A DNA stretch of 63,477 nucleotides, the filler included, from Hyphochytrium catenoides (lineage: Eukaryota; Protista; Hyphochytriomycota), in NCBI GenBank assembly GCA_900088475.1. It is 11 parts of 11 records of this genome, joined end to end, with 100 filler letters (N's around TTAATTAATTAA, not from the genome) between each part and the next. Parts side by side here need not be neighbours in the genome. Positions count along the whole stretch, not along the records: positions 11,507 to 16,594 come from FLMG01002546.1; positions 16,695 to 21,083 come from FLMG01004552.1; positions 21,184 to 28,960 come from FLMG01001696.1; 8 more parts are not named here. One strand, given 5' to 3'. Positions 12,305 through 22,025 of the stretch are shown piece after piece. Under the pieces are notes generated by a model. It did no database searches. It saw only the letters and a program-made list of their open reading frames with translations, and was not told the origin of the DNA. Position 1 is the first letter of the stretch. Each line of letters starts with the position of its first letter. Both the position numbers and the translations under genes were made by a program.

Positions 12305-13370
12305 GGGGGAGCTAAACAGAACCAGTGCTACACTACTACTACTACTACTAGTAAGGTCAGCAAACGTCGCTGGTAGTTCTACAACTGTTAGTGGAAAAAA
12401 AAAAACAGTACAGTACTAGTTGTACAAGCAAAACCCGCTCTCTCTCTACNNNNNNNNNNNNNNNNNNNNNNNNNNNNNNNNNNNNNNNNNNNNNNNNNNN
12501 NNNNNNNNNNNNNNNNNNNNNNNNNNNNNATAAAATTCTACACTAATAAGACTAATATGCTTATTAGGTAAGAAGAGGATTCGGGTACAGTACAAGAACA
12601 ACCCGCTCTTTCTTCTTCTCTCTCTCTCACTCGCGCGCGCTCTCGGCTGCTCTCTCTCTCTCTCTCTCTTTCTCGCTCTCTCTCTCTCTCGCTCTCTCTC
12701 TCGCTCTCGCTCTCTCTCCCCCCTTCCTCCCTCTCACATACACAACACACACACATTTCATCGTCCTGCTCTCTCTTTCTCTTCTCTAGCTACTCTCTGG
12801 AAAGTCGTCATTCCTACCTTGTTCCGTATCGGGAGCCTAGAACCTTTCTCTCTCCGTCCCCGGCTCTACAACTCCCTCGTCGCTTGTCGTCCTGTTTTAC
12901 AGGAAAACTGGGCGCAGAAGAGAGAGCTCCTTTATGATTGATGGCTGTACGGATGGTGAGGCCTCCAGTGAGGTTACATTGTTACATTGACAGCGCGCCC
13001 CCTTGGGGGAGAGGGTCGAGACAATCATAATGAAAGAGAGCACCAGGAAACTGAAGAAGTGGCCGACGACGGACAGAAGATAAAAACAGAGTCAACTCCA
13101 AACAGAAGAAGGAGGGAGCGTGCCGCACCTCCTCTCTAATAACAACAATTCTCTCCTTCTTTCTCGCTTCTCCATCGGCTCATTCTCTGAAATTCCTCTT
13201 TGGTTCAACAGCCAAGCCCAGAGCCATAGGACAAGACGCAAGGCTATTCTTCTTGTTCGGACAAACCAGCTCCGCCTCCCTCGCTTTTCCACGACGAGAG
13301 AGAGGAAGAAAAAAAGAAGAAGAGGAAAAGCAAAAGTGTTGAAAGACCGAAGCTTCCCATCCCCAGAGAA

Positions 13371-14402
13371 ATGAGGTTTTCAGCATTCCTCCTTGGTATC
13401 GTCGTCACCGCGACCTTCCAATCTTCTTCGCTATTCTCTCTAGCCCAAGAAGAAGCGAAGAAAGGACTGGACAGAAGTGCTGTGCGAAGAAGCAGCCGGG
13501 AGGTCGTAGATAGCGGGGACGCCGCGGGCACTGCCACCAGCAGTGACTCCGGGAGACATGTCACTGGAACAGACGTCCGAGTACTGGCAGTAGAAGACGG
13601 TGCTCCTGCTGCTCACCATCTCCGATCAGAGAGAAATAACACCAAACGACAACTCGCTTTCTATGATGTATGTAACATGAATGACTCTCCATTCCGAGAT
13701 GGGGGAGTGGAAGGTGACTGTCATCGTGATCCTCTTCAGCAACAAGGGAAAAGCCTCTCAGGATTCGTGCAGCTATCTGAACATGCTTGCTGGGGCAACC
13801 ACGAGAACAAAGGCCACGCTCTCCATTGGGACGGGCACCATGTGGGCATTAGCTTCGGGAAGGATGCCAGAGCCAAATGCATCAACCTGTCGGGATGCGA
13901 CCTGATAAGCGAATTCAATGACCGCGTGTCCTCGGCCTCGTGGCAGTTCCAGGACGTTCACTGTGATGACCGTATTAGGTTCTATCCTGACGAGAACTGC
14001 CAAGGATCTTACAAGGAATGGCCTCTTACGGTGGATCACTTCCCCAACAACTTCCTCAAGGACGGCATCAACGACATGGTTTCGTCCTTGATGATTTATA
14101 ACCCTCTTCTGGACGACAGCAGCAGCGCTGGGCACACCGACAAGCGAACGGTTTGTCCTACTTTTCTCCACAACACCGTGGAGAGATACCAGCAGACCCT
14201 TTTCTCCTTCCATGTATACACATACACTAAGAAAGTCAGCTATTTTTCTGCTGTTCCTTCTGCCACGTGCAGCCTTAGCAATGCAGCAGTAGCCTCGCAG
14301 CATACCAGCAGTGCGCCATCAACAGACCAAGAACCACTGGGTCCTGACGCTGAAGTGCCCTCCCAGGTTGCTGATGCGGAGCAGGATAATGTAGCGACCT
14401 AA
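13371..14402 (+). CDS. Secreted protein with a beta/gamma-crystallin-like domain, apparently intronless, 343 aa
   Basis: Hydrophobic signal peptide MRFSAFLLGIVVTATFQSSSLFSLA; two crystallin-type N-D-x-V-S-S motifs (FNDRVSS, INDMVSS), FYPDENCQG hairpin, several Cys. Confidence 0.7.
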   Translation: MRFSAFLLGIVVTATFQSSSLFSLAQEEAKKGLDRSAVRRSSREVVDSGDAAGTATSSDSGRHVTGTDVRVLAVEDGAPAAHHLRSERNNTKRQLAFYDVCNMNDSPFRDGGVEGDCHRDPLQQQGKSLSGFVQLSEHACWGNHENKGHALHWDGHHVGISFGKDARAKCINLSGCDLISEFNDRVSSASWQFQDVHCDDRIRFYPDENCQGSYKEWPLTVDHFPNNFLKDGINDMVSSLMIYNPLLDDSSSAGHTDKRTVCPTFLHNTVERYQQTLFSFHVYTYTKKVSYFSAVPSATCSLSNAAVASQHTSSAPSTDQEPLGPDAEVPSQVADAEQDNVAT

Positions 14403-15224
14403 CAAGATCTTGCTGTTGATCGAGGGGAAATGTTCATTGTAAAAACAGGTGGTGGCTCGTAATAACAGAAGAGAAATGGAAGCTGGTATCTTAGACTAAT
14501 CTTAAGCGAGAACTTCTGATCTTGTTAATGTTGAGATGGCAGAGTTGGTTGGAAGATCAACTTCTATGTTGGCGTGCAAATAGTAGGAATGAAGATTATC
14601 AAGGAGCAGCTTGACAGAGTGCTGGTCCTTAAGTACTATAACGCCTAAGGATGTATGCGGAGCTATGAAGGTGATATGCAAGAGAGAAGGCAGAGAGAGA
14701 GAGAAACACTCTAATAAGGAAGAGAGAGAACAGAGAATGTTAGAAATTCATTGAATGATCACCAAGGGATCCGTCGTTGTCTTGAGTGAGACAACAAGAG
14801 AAATCAGCAATAATTGGTGGTGGACGGAGGAAGGAAGAAGGGAAGGAGTAAAGTCTTGAAAGAGACAACGTTCATGAAGAAAGAACAAATCTCTAAGAGA
14901 AATGATGATTAGTGAAAGAAGAAAGTAGGACAACAAGGGATGAAGAAGCAGAAGAGTATACCTTTGCCCATAGAGAACTCACCAAGAGATAAGGGTTCTC
15001 AACAGTTAGGCACCTACTTTGACTATGTCTCACCCCGTTAACTATCTTCTCCCGATCTTCTCGTTCTCGCACGGAGAAGATGATGACATCTCCTCTAAAT
15101 CTATCTCCTGCAATATTCTTTTAGCGAGGCAATAGAAGAGATGCAATTATAAAACCCCGCGAAGGAGATGCTCTTAGAACATAGCCCGAGAAGATCATGG
15201 AGAGGAGGACAGACTACTACTCTT

Positions 15225-15730
15225 ATCCTTCTGCTCACCCAGATGAAGTGGCAGGGCATGCAGAAGAACATAAGCCTCTGGCTGGGGGATCAAACTGGCG
15301 CTTGACATCTAGCCTGGGAGCTCTCCTTGCCGGCTCGCTGGGTCAAGCTAAAGGAGGCTCTTGGCCCGTTAGTAATTACCGTCGTGTCCTACTGACTCTA
15401 GGGCAACAACTAACTCAATCAGAAGGACTAAGCTAACTAACAAGAACTGAGTACTCTCTTCTTACCGCCGCGACTACAGTTTCTCTACGCACTCTCTCCT
15501 CTAGCATGGGGTTTGGCGCAGCGAAGAAAAGGCGGGCGGGCGGGTATCGACTGTTCCTGCTGCGCCGAATCGGTGCAGTCAGCTGTGCCTCCTCCTCCTC
15601 CCCTCTCCGTCGCCGCTGTGTCTAAGTCTGGGCAGGCGGCAGAGGCTTCGTTCGGCGGACCGAGCAAGGCTGAGACTGAGGCGTGAGGTCAGCCCTACCA
15701 TCCTCTACCGCGCCAGGAAAACCTAATATT
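15225..15730 (-). repeat. About 500-bp interspersed repeat, copy A
   Basis: Reverse complement aligns with 17980-18450 (TATTAGGTTTTCCTGGCGCGGT; CCCAGACTTAGACACAGCGG; GGGTGAGCAGAAGGA). Confidence 0.85.
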
Positions 15731-17495
15731 CCCCTCGGACATTCAACCTCCTTCTTCTAGAGATTCTCTTGTTGGTCAGACGTGCATTAGGAAGAGAAGA
15801 AGAAGAGAAAGAACCCTTTGATGGTGATGATGGTGACAGCGTTACCACTGAGCATCCTTCTTCTTGTTCTTCACACCTTTCACCACCACCTCATTCGCTC
15901 AAATAGTCTTCTCCTTGCTGGTACGGTCACCAGTGCTGCTGCTGCCACGGCTACCACTAATATAATGAGTGTAGATCAGGGAGGACCTGATAGACCAGCA
16001 CCACCTTCTTCTCCCGCCTCGCCCGTTGGTGTCATTGATCTTCTCCGGCACCTGCTGCTTTCCTCATCCTCCGCGGCGGGTTGTAGATGATGTTTGTTCA
16101 ACGACAGAAGGGCAGGTACGGCAACGAGCTAGCCGACTCTCCTCCCATCCATTATTTTGAAGAAGATGATGATCCAACGGCCAGTAGTTTTTAGAGGAAC
16201 GGGGAAAGCCCACCAGCTTCTTCTCTACCTTCTTCTTCCAAAACGACGGATGAACAGTCACAGAAAGACCAGGGCTGTTATGTTGTTGAAGACGCTGCTG
16301 GAGTTAGAACTCAAGAGGAGCCATCACTAGGAGGGTTATCCGTCGTCGAAAGGTAGGATGATGGCAACGGCAATCCAATCTAGGCGAAGAAGAAAGTATT
16401 GGGAGGAAGGAGCTAAAGGTTATCGGCAAAGATCCTCTTCCCTCTGGGCAGGATAATAGGTCTATTAGCGTCCAGTGTCCAGCAGAGATGCTGCTGCTGC
16501 TGAAGGTGAAAGCTCTTGATGATTGAGCAATAATCGTCGTAGTAGGGACACTTCTCAAAATAAAGAAAGAGGCGGCTATGCTGGACCTTGATATNNNNNN
16601 NNNNNNNNNNNNNNNNNNNNNNNNNNNNNNNNNNNNNNTTAATTAATTAANNNNNNNNNNNNNNNNNNNNNNNNNNNNNNNNNNNNNNNNNNNNAAAGGA
16701 CCTTAGTCTTGAGAAGTTGTTGCAGACTTTACTCTAGATTCTCTCTTTGCGCGTTTCCTGAGATATCGTTAGAATCAAGTCACTACCGATTAGGGTTACT
16801 CATCCTTATGCGTCTGTTTTTCTGCCTGCAGAAGGTTGGTATATGCAAGAGCGTCCTTCTCTATGTTGGCTCTCCCCTAATCTAGTCTCTAAATATGACC
16901 ATGAGATTCTTTCTCGCACCTCTTTATTATCAAAAATAACAATAGTCCGAAGAAGAACTTGACTAACGACGATGGAGATTGTAAAATGAGCTAAAGGGTT
17001 GTGCCAATTCGGAAGTGAAGGGGACTGAGGGATGCTAGAACTTAGCACTAAGAACCTATATATTACACAGAACAAAGAAAGGGTGATGTAGGAAAGCCGC
17101 TGCAAGAGAAAAAATGAGATAAAAGGGGAATGTGGAGGTTGAGTATAACTTTGGGAGTTGGGAGCAATAGAAAGGAGGCCAGATTAGATAAGAATGCCAG
17201 ATTATATGAGAAGACTGCTACTGCAGATCGCGCAAACAGACACACAAGGGGAGCCATGCCGAGAGAGGAGCGGTACGTAAACTGAAGATCTCTCAAAAAT
17301 GTAAGAAGAAAATAGAGTGATTGTCCACGAGGACAAAACAAAAAACAGGTAGAGAATGAGAGACTGAAGGAATGGAGGGACGGGCTGGAGACGCTTGAGC
17401 AGGGATGGGAAAATGGACAGTGGTCAAGAAGGTGAACGCAGTGCCCTAATCATTTGAGAATATATATAGGGAGAGCGACTGAAAGAGGAAAAAGA

Positions 17496-17670
17496 AAAAG
17501 CAGAAAGAGTGATGCAGGGGAGAGGCCAGATAAAGCGACAGAAAGGAAACGGTGACAAATAGAAGTTAGTGAAGCGACGGGTGAAAGAGTAAAAAGAGAA
17601 AGCAGAAAGAGTGATGGAGGAGAGAGGCCAGATAAAGCTACAGAAAGGAAGCGGTGACAGAAGTTAGTGA
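17496..17670. repeat. Diverged tandem duplication, period about 100 bp
   Basis: AAAGCAGAAAGAGTGATG..GAGAGGCCAGATAAAGC.ACAGAAAGGAA.CGGTGACA..GAAGTTAGTGAA occurs twice. Confidence 0.8.
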
Positions 17671-17979
17671 ACCTATCTAAACGGTGATCGTAGCGACAAG
17701 GAAAGAAGGAAGGGATAGAATAGGCTAAGTAAGGGCAGAAAGCCTGCCCGGAAAGAAAGGGAGAGGTAGGGTTGTTTTAGCCCCTAAGACAAGAGAGGAC
17801 ACAAACAGAAGGTTATTAGGAGACCAGGATCGGGCACTCTCTAGTCCGATCGCATCCTATAGCTAAGTACTTTCCAGAATTAGTACCAGCAACGACTACT
17901 TGCAAGGCAGGGTTCGCTGCTGGACTCAAAATTGAGGAACTCTTTGCACGCCAGGTGGTTGATTATCTTGGGGGTTGGG

Positions 17980-18450
17980 GTATTAGGTTTTCCTGGCGCG
18001 GTTAGAGGATGGGGCTGACCTCGGGCCTCAGTCTCAGATTTGCTCGGTCAGCATCAGCCTCTCCCGCCTTCCCAGACTTAGACACAGCGGCAACGGAGAG
18101 GGGAGGCACAGCTGACTGCGCCTATTCGGCGCAGCAGGTACAGTCAACGCCCTCCCGCCCTTTCCTTGCTGCGCCCACGTACGTTAGAAGAGAAAGTACG
18201 TAATTAACTTGCAGTCGTGGCGGTAAGCAGTACCAGTTCTTGTTAGTTAGCTTAGTTTTTGTGATTTAGTCGTAGAGTTAAGGCCCGTCGGCGATTACTA
18301 ACGGGCCAAGAGCCGCCTTCCGCTTGACCCAGCTAGGCGGCAAGGAGAGCTCCCAGGCTAGTAATGTCAAGCGCCAGTTTGATTCCCCCAGCCAGAGGCT
18401 TACCATTTATCTGATGCTCTCTTACGCTCATCCGGGTGAGCAGAAGGAAG
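17980..18450 (+). repeat. About 500-bp interspersed repeat, copy B (different contig)
   Basis: Colinear with the reverse complement of 15225-15730, with substitutions and small indels. Confidence 0.85.
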
Positions 18451-18472
18451 ATTTATTATCGCGATGGGAACG

Positions 18473-18630
18473 GTCACTGTCTGTACATGGACGGGCAGGC
18501 CAAAGACGACAGCCTTGAGGTAGGAAACCAGGTCAATGACGTCACTGTCTGTACACGGACGGGCAGGCCAAAGACGACAGCCTTGAGGTAAGAAACCAGG
18601 ACAATGACGACACCTTAAGGTAAGAAACCC
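18473..18630. repeat. 68-bp tandem repeat, two copies plus a partial
   Basis: GTCACTGTCTGTACA.GGACGGGCAGGCCAAAGACGACAGCCTTGAGGTA.GAAACCAGG.CAATGAC at 18473 and 18541. Confidence 0.9.
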
Positions 18631-18774
18631 GCTTAATGAGGGAACTAGTAGGAGGAGAAAGATAGGTCATAGGCGCTCTAGAAGATACCATAGTACAGGG
18701 GCTAATTTCTAAAGAGTGACTATTGGAAATGTCCGTCAGTTATGCTAGATAGAAGAGAAGAGGAGTGACCCTAA

Positions 18775-20630
18775 GCTAGGTGCCCGTAATGGTGCCTGCC
18801 ATAGATGCCAGTTTAGGTGCCACCCGAGGAGCCAGTCTCGCTTTGCCCCCTAGGTACCAGTTAGCAGGATCCTGGAATCCAGCCTCAGGAGCCGCCTATA
18901 TATTACCAGCTCTGTCAAGCACGTACTGATGCAAGTCACAGTTCGCACTACTCTAGCTTCTAGCCTTTCAGAGGCGTCAGATGAGGCACCAACGTAATAG
19001 GTAACCAGCTCAATGTCGGCCCTGATACCCGCTTAGGCAACTGCCTTTTATGCAGACCTTAGGCGCGGCTAGATACCAACTCTGCGGTGCCAGTCTTGAT
19101 GCGAGGAATCATAGGTGCCACCCGAGCTAGAAGAATAGGGGCCAGAGCCAGCCTAGGTAACAACCTAGATTGTACCAGTCCGGTCTCAACCTCAATCGCC
19201 AGCCTAATTGCCCGTGTTGGTGCCATTCTTTGTCCCAGCAGCCTTCATGCAAGCCTTATGCGCCGGCTGTAGGTGGCAGCGTAGGTGCTCGGATGGGTGC
19301 CAACTTAGGTACTACTTTTACTGATGGATTCTACGTATGAGTAGCATTGGGATCACTCTAGAGCCAGCCTTAGGAGTCACACATATACATTACTTTAGAT
19401 CACTAAACCCGACGATGAACAGCCTACGTGCCATAGCCCTGCTGCACGCGAGCGCTACTCATTAACTATTGTTCCAGCTTATATGTCAGTCTTCGTTGCC
19501 AGCTTAATGACAGAGATAAGGAGTGCGAGGTACGCCTAGGTGCCAGCCAAAAGGTGCTATTCATGAGGCCACCTAATTCCCATCCTTAGGTGTAAACATA
19601 GTGCGAGCCCTGCTACTGGCTAGATAATATTCTGTTTCACCAAGTTAGGCGAAAGCCTAGTAGGTGCCAGCCTGAGTTGCCATCAGAGTTGTCATGGTAA
19701 GATATGACCTGCTAGTACTTGTGCCAGTCTACGTCGTGCCAGGATGCAAACTTAATCTACCTGGCTAAACGCCATCCTATATTACTGCCCCTCATCCTGC
19801 TTGTGAACACTAAGTGGCCGATGTGATTGCCAGCTAAGTCAATTCGGTAACAAGGTGCTGCTAGCGTAGGTGCCACCATAGGTCCCAGCCTTAGAAATAG
19901 CCTTCACCCGCATTAGAAACCAACCACGGCGTCTGTCTCAAACTTGATAACCTAGCTGCCGCCCTAGGCGCCTTCCTGGCAGCCGGCAGCTTCATACCGA
20001 GCTAAAGTGCAACCCAATAGGAGTGTAACCCACGAGAAAAGAAGGCCTTCGTCGGGTCCGTTGGCCTGATAGCTTGACTGACCACACCCCGATGCAGGCA
20101 AACAAGCAGAACAAGACTGTCGCGGAAACTACCCAAAAAAGCGACTTTTCTTCAGAGAGAGTGCTTTACCTAGATACTTAGAGAAGCCTATGAACAGCAA
20201 GGGCAAGATAATTGAGAAAGGAAAGAGAGAAGAAAGAAGGCATAAGGGGTGACGAGAAAGATTAGGTCGTAAGACTCTCGAGGCAGTAGAGAGAAAGACA
20301 AGAGGAAGGAACAGGGTCCAGTCGTTGCTGACTGCAAGTGCCGGGATAACTCTTCCCGCGCTTAGCATCTGCCTTTTAGTCTTGAGTTCTGTCTCCGATA
20401 TGCCTGCCAGTTGATACTGATCTATGGCCCAGTATGCACCAGAGATGGGACGAACAACAACTAGCAAGTACCTACACACAAGCTAGGTGCCAGGTGTTCT
20501 GCGAAAGCCTGTCTAACCTTTTCTATTAGCATAAATACCAGCCTGCTGTGTGCTCGGCCGGAGCCAGGCTAGGCTGTAGCCGGACGAGGTGCCAGCTTCA
20601 ATAGCAACCGGAGGGTGCCAGTCTAATACT
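18775..20630. repeat. Highly decayed array of about 12-bp periodicity, consensus near TAGGTGCCAGCC
   Basis: Many AGGTGCC/GCCAGCCT variants (near 18814, 19111, 19537, 19661, 19866, 20483, 20587); no long ORF. Confidence 0.6.
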
Positions 20631-22025
20631 GCTGAAGTTTGGACTTTGGACTGGAAGTCTGTCGCGCGCTGTGGCTGCACTAGGCCGTGCTGATTATCTC
20701 GCTACACTTTGCAGATGGAAGGTCTGATGGCGCTCCGAACTTCTTCGCTGGACACAAGGATTGAAGCTCTTGAGGGCCTTCCTTCCTTCACGCTTCCTCT
20801 GCAAAAAATCTTGCTTCTACCCTTGCTACTTCTATCTTACTTTCGTTTGTTTCACTCTTATCTAAGGACTTAAAGGGTATAGGAGGTAGCTCAGTGGTGA
20901 TAGCTCATAGGTAGAAACTTCGGTACTTTAGCTATAAGAACTCTAGTCAAGAGCTTGATGAGCACTTGTCAGTTGATCAATTCATTCATACATCATTCTC
21001 CTACGAAGAGCAGAAATCCAGCAGTACCTCTCAGTCAGCATGCAACTAAAAGGTTTCAGCTCAGGTACCAGCGCAGCTACGGTNNNNNNNNNNNNNNNNN
21101 NNNNNNNNNNNNNNNNNNNNNNNNNNNTTAATTAATTAANNNNNNNNNNNNNNNNNNNNNNNNNNNNNNNNNNNNNNNNNNNNAAGGAGAACTGGGATGA
21201 AGAAAGAAGAAAGAGGAAGAGGTTTTCCGAACTATGTTTAGCGCAGAGTCATCAGGTAGTAGTGGCTCGTCGGTTTAGTGTTCTCGTTTCCTCCGTCTTA
21301 GGCTCTATATTATGTATCTGCATTTTCTTGACTACCGCCATCATGTGAGATGGTTGCACTTATGCTTGGTTAATAATGGCGAACTGGAAGAAGGGGGTCG
21401 GGAAGAGGAGCAGCACCTCAGCGTGTCTGTCATAGAGATCGACATTATTTGACAGCTGGAGGTAGGGAACAAGTGGGACGCATGCAATCTCTTGCGTGAT
21501 GCGCCCCCCGTCAGCATCGCAATGGTATTATCGCCAGCCAAAGGTGGAGCATGGTGGAGCTGCGCTGTCCGAGACCTATCCATAACGATAACTGGGCTGA
21601 AGAAAGAAGGCAGACGAGGAGATTCTCCGATCCTTGGAAACTATTTTCCAGCGCGAAGTCATCCAGTAGTAGTGACTCGTTGTCGGTTAAGGATTCTCTT
21701 TTCCTACATCTTTTTTTAGAAAGAGTTCTATATTATAATCGCTTCCCTCTCTTCCATAGGGGATTATACTACATATTTCTACAATGCAGTCGAAATAACA
21801 GAGAGAGCAGATATACATGGATAAGAGTTGTCGCACTTCAGTCCTTGACGAGTCAACTCTACCGCTGTAACATTCGTCGTGCTTTTATCTACCACTTCAC
21901 CTGTGTTCAGTTTCCGATTTTCTGTGGTCTCTTCTCATCATCCACCCTCACTTTCATCTGGTTATAATCCAACAACCAACAGCCAACGACGGCGTTTTGA
22001 GTTCTCTCAAAACACCGTCGCCAAA

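Noticed and set aside
13612-13660. RxLR-dEER effector motif in the secreted protein
   Set aside because: The sequence is HHLR with no following dEER; a KR/RxL propeptide site is the simpler reading.
18473-18630. CRISPR-like array (also 5236-5337 and 11783-11815)
   Set aside because: Head-to-tail tandem repeats without unique spacers; eukaryotic context; no cas genes.
14400-21083. TAG reassignment or RIP-like hypermutation suggested by frequent TAG/CTAG in decayed regions
   Set aside because: Intact genes use TAA, TAG and TGA at sensible ends, and the Copia copies are not riddled with C-to-T stops; dinucleotide indices would be needed for any claim.
21879-22025. N-terminal 49-aa extension of the Mx-like ORF as a transit peptide
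   Set aside because: It relies on a GTG start; the first ATG (22026, context AAAATG) is the likely eukaryotic start.
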